A stretch of DNA of 64,000 nt, taken from positions 128,001 to 192,000 of the forward strand of contig CAVSAC010000010.1 of the NCBI GenBank assembly GCA_963725865.1. Reading direction: 5' to 3'. This stretch comes from Candidatus Eiseniibacteriota bacterium (GTDB taxonomy: Bacteria; Eisenbacteria; RBG-16-71-46). Position numbers and translations under genes: made by a program. Every line of letters begins with the position of its first letter. The stretch's first letter is position 1. The notes under the pieces are model-generated. The model was not told the DNA's origin. It worked only from the letters and a program-made list of their open reading frames with translations, and ran no database searches. Positions 39,621 to 50,495 of this stretch are shown piece by piece.

Positions 39621-40079
39621 ATGCGCGCCCCCGCGTGGGCTCTCACCCTGGTCGTGCTGCCGCTGGTGGTTTCCGCCGCGCGCGCCGTCCCAGCGGCGCC
39701 CGCGGCGAGCGCGCCCCGCGCGACGCTCGCGCTGGCCGCGCCGTCCTGGCTGGCGCCCATGGGAGTGCCCGCGCTGGCAGCGGCGTCCGCGCGACCGCCG
39801 GACTCCGCCGTCGTGCTGCCCGCCGCACCGGTGCGCGCCTGGACGTCGGGCGCGCTGCGCGCCGACCGCCTGCAGCACGCCTCGCTCGCGCTCACGATCG
39901 GGCTCGCCGCTGGACTCGCCAGCCGCCGGCCCGCCCTCGCGGCCGGCACCGCGTCGGCACTCGGCGTGCTGAAGGAACTTCGCGACCGGCGCCGCGGCGG
40001 GCGCTTCGATGCCGGCGATCTCGCCGCCGACGCGATCGGAGCCGCGCTCGCCGCCTGGCTCACCCACGCCCTCGACTGA
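39621..40079 (+). CDS. Small membrane protein, YfiM/DUF2279-like; the only plus-strand gene
   Basis: SD AAGGAGG, signal-like N-terminus, DRLQH...GVLKELRD......FDAGDLAADAIG motif. Confidence 0.65.
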   Translation: MRAPAWALTLVVLPLVVSAARAVPAAPAASAPRATLALAAPSWLAPMGVPALAAASARPPDSAVVLPAAPVRAWTSGALRADRLQHASLALTIGLAAGLASRRPALAAGTASALGVLKELRDRRRGGRFDAGDLAADAIGAALAAWLTHALD

Positions 40080-40091
40080 GCCCGCGGCGGG

Positions 40092-40508
40092 TCAAGGCTC
40101 GATCGGCTTGCCGCCCCCGCTGCTCGTGTTCCCCTTCTTGTCGCCCGCCTTGCTGGCAAGACCGACCGCGACGCCGCCCGCGATCACGCCGCCGCCGATC
40201 AGCGCCGTGCGTCGCCAGTCGACCGCGCGGGCCTGCAGGTTCGCGATGTCCTCGAACGGGATGCGCAGCACCGCGAAGTCCTCGAAGCGACCTTCGACGT
40301 CGCGGCTCCGATAGCCGACCAGGCTGTCGCCGTCGACGTGCGCGTAGTCGAACTCGTACTCGAGTCCGTCACGGGTGGTCACCCGGACGTCGCGGCGATC
40401 GGGGCGGCCGGCGTAGTCGGAACGGGGGATCTCGCGCAGCGAGGTGCAACCCGCGGCGGCCAGGCACAGCAGCGCCGCGGCGAGCCGCAGCGTACGGCGT
40501 TGGAACAT
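40092..40508 (-). CDS. Hypothetical lipoprotein with C-terminal hydrophobic helix
   Basis: MFQRRTLRLAAALLCLAAAG-C lipobox, small beta-rich domain, ALIGGGVIAGGVAVGL. Confidence 0.75.
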   Translation of the reverse strand: MFQRRTLRLAAALLCLAAAGCTSLREIPRSDYAGRPDRRDVRVTTRDGLEYEFDYAHVDGDSLVGYRSRDVEGRFEDFAVLRIPFEDIANLQARAVDWRRTALIGGGVIAGGVAVGLASKAGDKKGNTSSGGGKPIEP

Positions 40509-40602
40509 CGGGAACCCGTCCTCCCCGGTCGGGTGGTGACTCACGGCGGCCCGCCGCAAGACTACCGCAATCGGACCCCCGATGCGCGGCGGCGGCGGTG
40601 CC

Positions 40603-40941
40603 TCAGGGCCAGTAGAGCACCCGCCCGCACGATTCGCAGAGGGTGAGCGACTCGCCCGTGGCCGGCGCGGCGGAGGTGGCCAGCGTCATGTAGCACCCGA
40701 GGCACGCGCGCCCGCGCACGGCGGTGAGCCCGCGGCCGTAGCGCTGGTGCGCGCGCAGGTAGTGGGCGGCCCACCGGACGTCGATCTCCGCCAGCAGCCG
40801 CTCCCGCGCCCGCTCGCCGACGGCGAGTCGCGGGGCTTCGAAGCCGAGCTGGCGCATCCGGACCCGCACCTCCGGATCGGCGACCTCCTGCATCAACTGG
40901 TCGAGGTCGTGGAGGCGGATCAGGCACTCGACCGCGCTCAT
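40603..40941 (-). CDS. Short C4-type zinc-ribbon protein (zf-RING_7/DUF164-like, lacking most of the coiled coil)
   Basis: LIRLHDLD N-terminus, CLGCYMTL...CESCGRVLY. Confidence 0.8.
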   Translation of the reverse strand: MSAVECLIRLHDLDQLMQEVADPEVRVRMRQLGFEAPRLAVGERARERLLAEIDVRWAAHYLRAHQRYGRGLTAVRGRACLGCYMTLATSAAPATGESLTLCESCGRVLYWP

Positions 40942-41405
40942 GCCACCGCCTCGCGCATCACCAGCGAAACGGCCTCGAAAGTCTTCGCCTCCAGCAGCTT
41001 GTTGCGGTTCCGCTGGTAGCGGGCGACGGCGACCGCGCGGGCCACGAGATGCTGGTGCGCCGTCGTCGTGGACTCCGCGGGCGAGAGCGCGAGGAACACC
41101 AGGGTGACGGGCTGCTCATCGGCGGCGCCCCAGTCGATCCCGCGGTGCGAGCGGGCCACGATCAGCCGGGACTGGCGCACGGCGATCGAGCGCGCGCTGG
41201 GTACGGCCACGCCCTTTCCGATCCCAGTGGAGCCCATCCGTTCGCGCACGATCAGGAGCTCGCGCACCGCGTCCGGATGCCGGACGACGCCACACGCATG
41301 GGCGCACGCGAGCAACTCGGCGAACACCGAGTCGCGACGGCGGGTCTTGAGCTCCGGGATGTAGAGCGAGGAGTCGAGCACCGAAGGGAGGGTGATGATC
41401 GGCAT
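40938..41405 (-). CDS. PTS EIIA (Fru/Ntr-type) domain protein with the phospho-His replaced by Ser
   Basis: RERMGSTGIGKGVAVPSAR (consensus ..PHAR), GIDWGAADEQPV.LVFL. Confidence 0.85.
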   Translation of the reverse strand: MPIITLPSVLDSSLYIPELKTRRRDSVFAELLACAHACGVVRHPDAVRELLIVRERMGSTGIGKGVAVPSARSIAVRQSRLIVARSHRGIDWGAADEQPVTLVFLALSPAESTTTAHQHLVARAVAVARYQRNRNKLLEAKTFEAVSLVMREAVA

Positions 41406-41427
41406 GTTCGGTGGACCTCCCGTCGGG

Positions 41428-41436
41428 AGATTACCA
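41428..41436 (-). promoter_or_regulatory. Possible extended -10 promoter for the EIIA-zinc-ribbon unit
   Basis: TGgTAATCT just upstream of the GGGAGG SD. Confidence 0.45.
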
Positions 41437-41467
41437 CTCCCGCATCCGCGGAGCCATCCTGCTCATG

Positions 41468-42052
41468 TCAGGGGCTCGCGGCGGGCTCGCGCTGGCGCCC
41501 TGGCGGCGCGCGATGTCGAGGTCGCTCGAGCCAGCGCGTCGCCATCCACCCGAACGCCACGCCGATCAGCGCGCCGACCACGACATCGCTCATGAAGTGC
41601 CGGTTGAGGTACATGCGTGAGTACGCCACCAGCGCTGCGGATACGAACAAGCCGACCGAAGCGCTGCGCCACCGGCGCGCGAGCACCCACGCGATGGCGA
41701 ACGCGTTCGCGGCGTGGCTGGAGGGGAACGAGGCGTTCGAGCGCCGGTGCTGGCCGTCGGGACGCGCGCGGTCGGTCGTCCACTTGAGCGCCTCGACGAC
41801 GAGGTTGGTGGGGATCAGCGCCAGCGCCGCGGCCTTGAGCGTCGTGACGCCTTGCGCGCGATCGAGCAGTCCGACCGCCAGCAGCGCGCCGGCCACGATC
41901 ACCGGCCGCCCCACGCGGGTCGCCACCTGCATCGGTCGCTCGAGCCCGGGCGCGCGCGCGGACTGCACCAGCCGCTGGACCTGCCAGTCGAGCGACTCCG
42001 CCGGCGCGAGCACCGCGCCGGCGAGCAGCAGCACCTGCACCGCGGCTCTCAT
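41468..42052 (-). CDS. PAP2-family membrane phosphatase
   Basis: KWTTDRARP, SFPSSH, SRMYLNRHFMSD motifs. Confidence 0.88.
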   Translation of the reverse strand: MRAAVQVLLLAGAVLAPAESLDWQVQRLVQSARAPGLERPMQVATRVGRPVIVAGALLAVGLLDRAQGVTTLKAAALALIPTNLVVEALKWTTDRARPDGQHRRSNASFPSSHAANAFAIAWVLARRWRSASVGLFVSAALVAYSRMYLNRHFMSDVVVGALIGVAFGWMATRWLERPRHRAPPGRQREPAASP

Positions 42053-44322
42053 GGCGCGTCCTCGACCACCTCGACCTCGTCCGCCGCGATCCAGCCCGCG
42101 AGGTCGCGACCCGCCACCACCCGCAGCCGCGCGCCATCGCGCTCGCGCACCTGCACCACCTGGCCGGCGTCCAGGTTGACCTCGGCCCCCTGTAGGGCCG
42201 CCGTGCGGCGCACCACGGCGTCGTGCGTGCGGTGCGCCCGCGCGGTCTGCAGCGGCCACACCGCGGCGGCGAGCGCCGCCAGCGCCAGCAGGCCAGCCGC
42301 CAGGGCGCGGCGCGGCCACGCCACCCCGGCCAGCGCGCCCAGCACGAGCGCCAGCAGGCCCCACTCCAGGCTGCGCACCGGCAGCCGCACGCCGGAGGCG
42401 CCGACCAGACCACCGCCCTCGTGCACGCGCTCGGTGACCCACGCGAGCCCCGCGTCACGCGGCTCGCCCCGCCGCCCGCGCAGCACCCACGTCGCCGCCG
42501 GTCCGACCTGACCGTCACGGACCTCCGCCCACGCCAGCCGCGCCGCCAGCCCGGCGGCGCGCCCGCCGTCGTCCCAGATCCGCCGCCAGCCGGTGGCCGC
42601 GCGCTTCACGTCGCCGGAGCGGGCGAACGCGTCCGCTGCGCTCGCCCGGTCCGCCAGCGCGGGATCGCCTCCACGCGGCGCGCAGGCCACGACCATCACC
42701 GCCGCGCCCACGGCGAGCGCGATCGCCGCCCCGCGCAGTCCCCACGGCCCGCGCTCCGGCGGGAGCGCGCGCCCGAGCTGTTCCACGAGGCGCCGGCGCA
42801 CACCTTCCTCGTCGGCGGCGGCCCCGCCGTAGCGCGCGGCGGCGATCGTGCGCTGCAGGTCGCGCATCGGCGCGCCGCGCTGCTCGAGCCAGCCCGCCGC
42901 GTCGTTGGCCGACCGCCAGAAGTCCGGCCCGCGCGCGAGCCCGACCGCGCGGAGCCATTCGCGCTGGCGCGCCCGCTCGGCCGCCTCGGGCGGCGGCTGG
43001 CCCGCCATGCGCCACAACACCCACGCGATCCCGAGCACGCAGCCAGCCAGCGCCCAGCCCGCGGGCAGCGCCGGGCGCGATCCCGGGTCGACCGGATGGT
43101 CGCCGAACACGCGCGGGAAGCCGGCCGGCGCGGGGCCGCTGCGCAGCGGCGGGTCCACGTGCAGCGCGAGCGTGGCCAGCGCCGCCGACCGGTACGATCC
43201 GGTGCGGGGGTCGAACCACGCCAGCGTCGGCGGCGGGACCCGCACCTCGCCGTCGTGGCGCGCCAGCACGGTCCACTGGAAGCGGCGGCGCCCGGCGCCC
43301 AGCATGCCGAGCGGTCCGAGGCTGTCGTCGACGGTGCTCGCGAACACCTCGAGGTCGTCCCCGACCAGCGCCGGGGTGTGCAGCAGCGGCAGGTTGCCTT
43401 CGCCGCGCACGTCGAGGCGCACCGTGACCGGCACGTCGCGCGTGGTGCGCTCGCGGTCCGCCGACCACGTCAGCGTGAACGTCCCCACCGCTCCGTCGAA
43501 CGCGGCGGGCGCGCCGGGCGGCAGCGGGCGCACCGAGACCGTCACCGGCGCCGAGCGCGCGCTGGCCTCGCGCCGCGGCACCCGGCCGCCGAGCCAGGCG
43601 CTCGGATCGTCGCCGGTCTGCAGCGCGGCGATCGCGGTCGCCTCGCCGATGGTCGCGGTGCCGGGCGCGAGCGGATAGAGCCGCGTGCGCGTCTCGGTCA
43701 CCTGGACCCGCGAGTCTCCCTGGGCGGCGTAGTAGGACTCCGGCGGGCTCGGCGATTCCGACCAGAAGCCGGGCGTGGCGGGCGGCCCGTACTGGGGGTC
43801 CTCCGCCAGGGGCGCGCGCAGGATCAGCCGCACCCGCATCAGCACCGGCTGGCCCACGTACGGACGCACCGGCTCGACGTCGACGCGCAGCTGCAACGGC
43901 TGCGTGCCGCCCGCCCCCACGCTCGCCGCCGCAGCGCTCACCGTCATGGTGACGCCGGCCGCGGTCAGCACGCTGTTGCCGGCGCGCACCCGCAGCGGTC
44001 CGATCGTGAACCGCCCCGGGGTGGCGGGCGCCAGCTCGTAGCGGAACACCACCTCGCTCGTGCTGCGGCCGTTCACCCACGAGAGGCTCTGCGTGCGCCC
44101 GCTCGAGAGCACCTCGGTGCCTTCCGGCACCTCGAACTCAGGGCCGCCGACCTGCCCGCTCGCGCCGCGTACGCGCACCTCGAGCACCGTGCTCTCACCG
44201 ACCGCCAGCGAGCTGCGCGAGAGCCGCATCTCCACCACGCCCTGCGCGCGGGCGGGCGCGAGCGTGGGCCCGGTCAGCGCCACCAGCGCGAGCCCCAGCA
44301 TCCCGACGAGTCGCCGCATCAC
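42049..44322 (-). CDS. batD: BatD-family protein fused to a BatE-like (degenerate TPR + SH3-like) C-terminus
   Basis: Signal peptide, S.VNG, YVGQPV, F.GAVG.F, GEGNL, WFDP.TG.Y, TM segments, C-terminal ..GWI.. Confidence 0.75.
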   Translation of the reverse strand: MMRRLVGMLGLALVALTGPTLAPARAQGVVEMRLSRSSLAVGESTVLEVRVRGASGQVGGPEFEVPEGTEVLSSGRTQSLSWVNGRSTSEVVFRYELAPATPGRFTIGPLRVRAGNSVLTAAGVTMTVSAAAASVGAGGTQPLQLRVDVEPVRPYVGQPVLMRVRLILRAPLAEDPQYGPPATPGFWSESPSPPESYYAAQGDSRVQVTETRTRLYPLAPGTATIGEATAIAALQTGDDPSAWLGGRVPRREASARSAPVTVSVRPLPPGAPAAFDGAVGTFTLTWSADRERTTRDVPVTVRLDVRGEGNLPLLHTPALVGDDLEVFASTVDDSLGPLGMLGAGRRRFQWTVLARHDGEVRVPPPTLAWFDPRTGSYRSAALATLALHVDPPLRSGPAPAGFPRVFGDHPVDPGSRPALPAGWALAGCVLGIAWVLWRMAGQPPPEAAERARQREWLRAVGLARGPDFWRSANDAAGWLEQRGAPMRDLQRTIAAARYGGAAADEEGVRRRLVEQLGRALPPERGPWGLRGAAIALAVGAAVMVVACAPRGGDPALADRASAADAFARSGDVKRAATGWRRIWDDGGRAAGLAARLAWAEVRDGQVGPAATWVLRGRRGEPRDAGLAWVTERVHEGGGLVGASGVRLPVRSLEWGLLALVLGALAGVAWPRRALAAGLLALAALAAAVWPLQTARAHRTHDAVVRRTAALQGAEVNLDAGQVVQVRERDGARLRVVAGRDLAGWIAADEVEVVEDAP

Positions 44323-46088
44323 CAGTCCTTTCCGCGGCGCTCGCGGGTCACCGGCACCGGGTGACGCCGCTGCTGCTCCAGCCGCGCGAGGTCCTGCAGC
44401 GCGTTCAACAGGCGATCCGCCTGGGCGCGGTCCATCCGCTGGGACTGTCCGGGCGCGCCGGGTGTGGGCGGCGAGGGCGACGGCGGCGGCGCGTTGCGCG
44501 GCGCCTGCGCCGGCTGCTGCTGCGGCTGCTGCGATCCCTGGTCACCCGACTTCGGCGTTGCGCTGGCGCCCGCGCTCTGATCCTGCTGGCCGCCCTTCTG
44601 CGGCGGGGACTTCGGCGGCTGCCCGCGCTGGCGGCGGCGCAGCAGGATCTCGTAGTTCCAGCGGGCGTCCTGGTCGCCGGGGTCGTGCACCAGCGCGTCG
44701 CGCAGTACCGCGAGCGCGTCGTCGTCGTGCTGCTGCTCCGCCTTCAGGGTGCCCAGGTCATAGCGCGCCTCGCGACCCAGGCGATCGCGCCGCGCGCCCA
44801 GCTCCGCCAGCTCGCGCTCGGCGTCGGACTGCCGGCCCGCGCGCGCCCGCGCGATCGCCCGGTTGAGCCGCACCGCCGCCGGGCCGCTCCGCGCGAGCCG
44901 CAGGTCGTACAGCGACTCCGCCTGCGCGAAGCGCCCGGCCCGATAGGCGTCGTCGCCGCGCGACCAGGCGCTCTGCGCCTGCGCCGCGTGCGGGGCCAAC
45001 AGCGCGCCGGCGGCCAGCAGCCACGCCGCCGCCCGCGGCGCCGCCGCGGCACTCGCGCGGCGGCGCGCGGACCGCGGGCGGCGCAGGCGCTCCGTGCGCC
45101 GCCGCGGGCGGATGCGATCCAGTGCCAGCAGCAGCGCCGCGAGCGCCGCGCAGAGCGGGAAGCGCGCGACCGGACGTTCCACCAGCCGCTGCCCGCGCCC
45201 GGCGTGCGCGACCGTGCCGAGCGCCCCGAGCAGCCGCGGCAGCTCGCCGCCGGGCCGCTGGGCGGCGAAGTACGCGCCGCGTGTGCGCCGCGCGATGGTC
45301 CGCAACAGGTCCTCGTCGAGCTGACTGCGCACCACCTGACCCTGCGCGTCGCGCTTCACGTCCAGCGTTCTCCCCTCGTCGTCCATCACCGGCACCACGT
45401 CGCCCGCCGGGGTGCCGACACCCACGGTGAATACGCGGATGCCGGAGCCCTGCGCCTCATCGAGCGCCGCGCGCGCGCCGGCCTCGAGGTCCTCCCCGTC
45501 GGTCCACAGCACCATCGCCTGTTCCTCGCGCCGCCCGGCCGGCATCAGCTTCATGGCCGCGCGCAGTCCTTTGCCCAGGTCGGTGCCGGGCTGGCTCACC
45601 GTCGCGCTCGATAGCGCCTCGAGCGTCAGCCGCGCGGCGCCGCGGTCGAGCGTCAGCGGGCACAGGCGGACCGCGTCGCCGGCGAACGCCACCACGCCGA
45701 TGCGGCTGCCGGCGAGGTGGTCGACCACCGCGAGGGCCTCGCGCTGCGCCTCCGCCAGCCGGCTCGGCGCCACGTCGCGTGCGTCCATGCTCGCCGAGAC
45801 GTCGACCAGCAGCACCACGTCCGAGCCGGTCGCCGCCCGCCGCACCACCTCGCGCCCCCACTCCGGACGCGCGGCGCCGGCGATCAGCAGCGCCAGCGCC
45901 GCGAGCCGCAGGACCGCGCCCGCCAGCCGCTGCCCCGGCCGGCGCTGCACGAGCAGCGGGTGGTCGGCGCGCGCGCCGACCAGCTGGGCGAGCGCGCGCG
46001 TCGCGCGGCCGGCGGCGCGCCACTCGAACAGCGCGAGCAGCGGGAGCGCCAGCAGCGCCCACAACCAGCGCGGATCGGTGAAGGTCAT
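44319..46088 (-). CDS. batB: BatB-like vWA protein fused to a BatC-like TPR / Gln-Pro-rich domain
   Basis: ARP.WG, DVSASM MIDAS, CPLT.D, TDGED, TPRs, DARWNYE, Q/P-rich linker, terminal KDW. Confidence 0.8.
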   Translation of the reverse strand: MTFTDPRWLWALLALPLLALFEWRAAGRATRALAQLVGARADHPLLVQRRPGQRLAGAVLRLAALALLIAGAARPEWGREVVRRAATGSDVVLLVDVSASMDARDVAPSRLAEAQREALAVVDHLAGSRIGVVAFAGDAVRLCPLTLDRGAARLTLEALSSATVSQPGTDLGKGLRAAMKLMPAGRREEQAMVLWTDGEDLEAGARAALDEAQGSGIRVFTVGVGTPAGDVVPVMDDEGRTLDVKRDAQGQVVRSQLDEDLLRTIARRTRGAYFAAQRPGGELPRLLGALGTVAHAGRGQRLVERPVARFPLCAALAALLLALDRIRPRRRTERLRRPRSARRRASAAAAPRAAAWLLAAGALLAPHAAQAQSAWSRGDDAYRAGRFAQAESLYDLRLARSGPAAVRLNRAIARARAGRQSDAERELAELGARRDRLGREARYDLGTLKAEQQHDDDALAVLRDALVHDPGDQDARWNYEILLRRRQRGQPPKSPPQKGGQQDQSAGASATPKSGDQGSQQPQQQPAQAPRNAPPPSPSPPTPGAPGQSQRMDRAQADRLLNALQDLARLEQQRRHPVPVTRERRGKDW

Positions 46089-46098
46089 GCGCGGGCCC

Positions 46099-47073
46099 TC
46101 ATGGCAGCCGGAAGCCCAGCGTGGCGCCGAGCAGCGCGTGGATCGCGAGCAGGGCGGCGGCGACCGCCAGCAGCCACGGTCCGAGATCGTGATACTCGCG
46201 GTACTCGACCGACTTGATCGGCGCGCGCTCGAGCCGGTCGATCTCGGAATAGATCCCGGGCAGCGCGCTCGCCTCCTCGGCGCGGAAGAACCGCCCGCCG
46301 GTCCGCCTGGCGATCTCGCGGAGCGAGACCTCGTCCACATCCATCCGCACCATCTCGATCCGCCGCCCCAGCACCGGGTCCTCGAACGGCACCGGCACGA
46401 CCCCGCCGCGCCCCGCGAGCACGGTGTACACCTTCACGCCGTACGCGCGCGCCAGATCGGCGCCGGTCAACGGATCGATCGCGCCGCGGTTGTTCTGGCC
46501 GTCGGTCAGCAGCACCACCACCTTGCTCGGCGTCTTGCTGTCGCGCAGCCCGCGCACCGCGGTCGCGAGTCCCATCCCGATCGCGGTGCCGTCCTCGGCG
46601 AGCCCGAAGTCGAGCCCGTCGAGCAGTTCGATCAGCGCGTCGTGATCCAGCGTGAGCGGACACTGCGTGAACGCGGTGGCCGCGAAGCCCACCAGCCCCA
46701 CGCGGTCGTGGCGGCGCGAGCGGACGAAGTCGCGCGCGGTCTCCTTGGCCACGTAGAGGCGATTGCGCGGCCGGAAGTCCTCGGCCGCCATGCTCGGCGA
46801 GATGTCGATCGCCAGCACGATGTCGACGCCCTTGGTCTCGGTCTCGCTCTGCGACACGCCCTGCTGCGGCCGCGCGAGCGCCACCACGGCGAGCGCCAGC
46901 GCCACCCACGGCAGCCCCCCGAGCGCCCGCAGCGCGAAGCGCAGCGGGTGCGGGTTCGAGCGGTCGGCCCGCGACCACAGCACGGCCGCCCGCTTCGCGC
47001 GCCGAATCTGCCAGAGCGCCAACGGCGGGAGCAGCGCGAGCAGCAGCAGCGCCCACGGCACGTCCCAGCGCAT
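46099..47073 (-). CDS. batA: BatA vWA-domain membrane protein
   Basis: ALARPQ, DISPSM.AEDF.P.NRL, GTAIGMGL, LLTDGQNN.G.IDP. Confidence 0.88.
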   Translation of the reverse strand: MRWDVPWALLLLALLPPLALWQIRRAKRAAVLWSRADRSNPHPLRFALRALGGLPWVALALAVVALARPQQGVSQSETETKGVDIVLAIDISPSMAAEDFRPRNRLYVAKETARDFVRSRRHDRVGLVGFAATAFTQCPLTLDHDALIELLDGLDFGLAEDGTAIGMGLATAVRGLRDSKTPSKVVVLLTDGQNNRGAIDPLTGADLARAYGVKVYTVLAGRGGVVPVPFEDPVLGRRIEMVRMDVDEVSLREIARRTGGRFFRAEEASALPGIYSEIDRLERAPIKSVEYREYHDLGPWLLAVAAALLAIHALLGATLGFRLP

Positions 47074-48080
47074 CAGGCCGCCTTCCCTTCACCACGCCCG
47101 CCGAGCCGGCGCATCAGGGCCTCGACAGCGCCCTCGGCCTGGCTGGCCTCCACGGGCGAGATCGGCGCGCGCGCGAACTTGACCCGATCCCAGCGCGACA
47201 GCAGTCCCGCGAGGCGTTCGAGGTCGGGCGGCGCCAGGTGGCCGTGCTCGAGCCGGTGCACCAGCTCGGGGCTGGTGTCCCCGGGTCGCGGCGTGCCCTC
47301 CACGCGCTCGAGGAACCGGCGCAGGATGAGCGTGAGACGGTAGGCGTGCTCCGCGAACCGCCCGGCCTCCGGCAGCCGTGCCGCCCGCAGCGCCGCCAGC
47401 GCGGCCAGCCCCTCCGTGAGCGGATCGTTCCGCGGCGCGCGCGCCGCCGGAGCGGGCGCGGCGGTGACCGGCTTCGCGGGCCGCCGCCGCAGCCGGCGCA
47501 CCAGCCACACCACCACCGCCAGCGCGACCACGCCGGCCGCGATCCACCGCCACGGCAGCCGCTCCCACCACGGTGCGCGCAGCGGGCCGCGCAGCGGACG
47601 GAGGTCGGCGGTCGTATCGTCCGTCGCCACCAGCGGCGCCACCGCGACGGTGGCGACCGGGAACGCCAGGTCGCGGGAACCGCCCGGGTCCTGGGTCTGC
47701 AGCCGCAGTCCGGGGATCGCCACCTGCCCGATGCGGAACACCTGCAGGGGCACTTCGACCACCACGCTGTCGCCGGGCCCGAGGATCAGGTACCAGCCCT
47801 CGCGATCGGCACGGGTGCTGCGCCCGCCCGCCTCGCGGTGGCGGCTCAGCGCTGCGCCCCACGTGAGGTCAGCGCTCGAGGCCGGCGCGAACACGCGCAG
47901 CCGCCCCGCGGGCGCGCCGGTGAGCACCGCGCGATAGGTCACTCGCTCGCCGAGATGCGCGACCGCGGGGGTCACCTCCACGCGCGCGTGCAGTCCGGCG
48001 CCCTGGGCCGCCGCGATCCCAGCGAGCGCGGGCAGCAACGCCAGCGTCAGGCTCATGGCGGTGACGGAGCCGCGGCTCAC
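47073..48080 (-). CDS. Bat-operon exported/membrane protein (alternative start ATG 48056)
   Basis: Signal peptide, Ig-like region, LRPLRGP, TM helix, ILRRFLE...D.VKFA C-terminal motif; located between DUF58 and batA. Confidence 0.7.
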   Translation of the reverse strand: MSRGSVTAMSLTLALLPALAGIAAAQGAGLHARVEVTPAVAHLGERVTYRAVLTGAPAGRLRVFAPASSADLTWGAALSRHREAGGRSTRADREGWYLILGPGDSVVVEVPLQVFRIGQVAIPGLRLQTQDPGGSRDLAFPVATVAVAPLVATDDTTADLRPLRGPLRAPWWERLPWRWIAAGVVALAVVVWLVRRLRRRPAKPVTAAPAPAARAPRNDPLTEGLAALAALRAARLPEAGRFAEHAYRLTLILRRFLERVEGTPRPGDTSPELVHRLEHGHLAPPDLERLAGLLSRWDRVKFARAPISPVEASQAEGAVEALMRRLGGRGEGKAA

Positions 48081-48960
48081 GCGCGTCCCCGCGGACGCCG
48101 GCGATCGGCGAAGTAGTGCATCAGCACCGTGAGGTACGAGCGGTCGGTGCGCACCTCGAGCACCGGCACCCGGGCCTGCGCGAGGGTGCGCTCCACCGCC
48201 TGCCGCTGCTCGCGCGCGCGGCGGGCATAGGTCTCGCGCGCCGCCCGGCTGCCGGTGTCGACCAGCGTGCGGCGCCCGGTCTCGAGGTCCTCGAGCTCCA
48301 CCCAACCGACCGACGGGAGTGCCTCGTCGCGTGGGTCGCGCAGCAGGAACGCGGTGACCTCGTGGCGGCGGCCGAGGATGCGGAGGTCACGAACGTCGAT
48401 CCGATCCTCGAAGTCGGAGATCCAGAACACCAGGCTGCGACGATGGGCGGTCAGCGCCACGAACCGCGCGGCCTCGCCGAGCCGCGTGCCGCCCGCGGGC
48501 GGCTCGGCGCCGAGCACGTCGCGCAAGATGCGGAGCAGGTGGTTCTTGCCGCGCGCCGGCGGGACGAATGCCTCCACCTGCTCGCCGGCCATCACCAGCC
48601 CCACGCGGTCGTTGTTGCGGATCGCGGCGAATCCCAGGACCGCGCACAGCTCGGCGGCCAGCTCGCGCTTCTCGCTGCCCGTGGTGCCGAAGCGCATCGA
48701 GCGCGACACGTCCACCACCAGGATCACCGACAGCTCGCGCTCCTCGACGAAGCGCTTGATGAACGGCGCCCCCATGCGGGCGGTGACGTTCCAGTCGATG
48801 TCCCGGACCTCGTCGCCCGGGACGTAGTGGCGGACCTCCTCGAACTCGACGCCCCGCCCCTTGAACACGCTGGAGGTCCGGCCGGCGAACAGGTCCTCGA
48901 CGAGATGCCGGCTGCGGATCTCGATCCGGCGGACCTTGCCCAGGAGCTCCGCGAGCGGCA

Positions 48961-48961
<1 letters not shown>
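48077..48961 (-). CDS. DUF58 domain protein
   Basis: SVFKGRGVEFEEVRHY.PGDEVRDIDWNVTAR, FVEEREL, DVSRSM.FG. Confidence 0.92.
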
Positions 48962-49947
<986 letters not shown>

Positions 49948-50004
49948 CGTGATCCAGCCCTCCTGGCTTGCGGGCGATTCGCGGCTCGCGTCCGATGGCG
50001 CGGC

Positions 50005-50033
50005 AGTATAGCGAAGGGGTCGAGAGGGTCCAA
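50005..50033 (-). promoter_or_regulatory. Sigma70-type promoter of the moxR/bat operon
   Basis: TTGGAC-N17-TATACT. Confidence 0.6.
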
Positions 50034-50051
50034 TCGTCGAGCGGGCGCGGA

Positions 50052-50438
50052 CTACGCGGCGGCGTCCTGCCGCTCGCGCGAGGGCCCGGGCCACCGCGCG
50101 AGCAGCTCGCGGGCATCCACCAGCTCGAACGGGGGCTCGAGGGATTCGATGCGACCCACCCGTCCGAGCATGTGCTGCACCTCGACGAGCGTGTCCGCGT
50201 CGGGAGGGAGCCCGTCCGCGGACTGGAGTCGCGCGATGCGCTGGTGGACGCGCACGCGCGCGAGACGTTCCAGCTCGAGGTCGCTCCGATACGCGAGCGC
50301 CGCCCGCTCGAACAGCTGGTCCGCCATCGCGGGCGAGCCGTCCGCCAGCGCCCGCAGGCCGGCGCGATGGAGCGTGGGCCCGCCGAACGGGACCGGCAGG
50401 AGCCGGGCGAGATGGAGCAGCGCGAGCTGGGAGTTCAT
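50052..50438 (-). CDS. Hypothetical helical protein (128 aa)
   Basis: Genome-like codon usage from ATG 50438, TPR-like helical pattern, preceded by a sigma54-type promoter. Confidence 0.6.
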   Translation of the reverse strand: MNSQLALLHLARLLPVPFGGPTLHRAGLRALADGSPAMADQLFERAALAYRSDLELERLARVRVHQRIARLQSADGLPPDADTLVEVQHMLGRVGRIESLEPPFELVDARELLARWPGPSRERQDAAA

Positions 50439-50479
50439 GCGTGGGCCCCGACGGAGGTGGAGTAGGTCGCCGCCCGTTG

Positions 50480-50495
50480 TGCACGAACGGTGCCA
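50480..50495 (-). promoter_or_regulatory. Sigma54 (-24/-12) promoter
   Basis: TGGCAC-CGTTC-GTGCA, exact GG-N10-GC spacing. Confidence 0.65.

Noticed and set aside
44430..44640. CAG/CCG-rich quasi-repeats
   Set aside because: They encode the Gln/Pro-rich linker typical of BatC-like domains; not a DNA repeat element or CRISPR.
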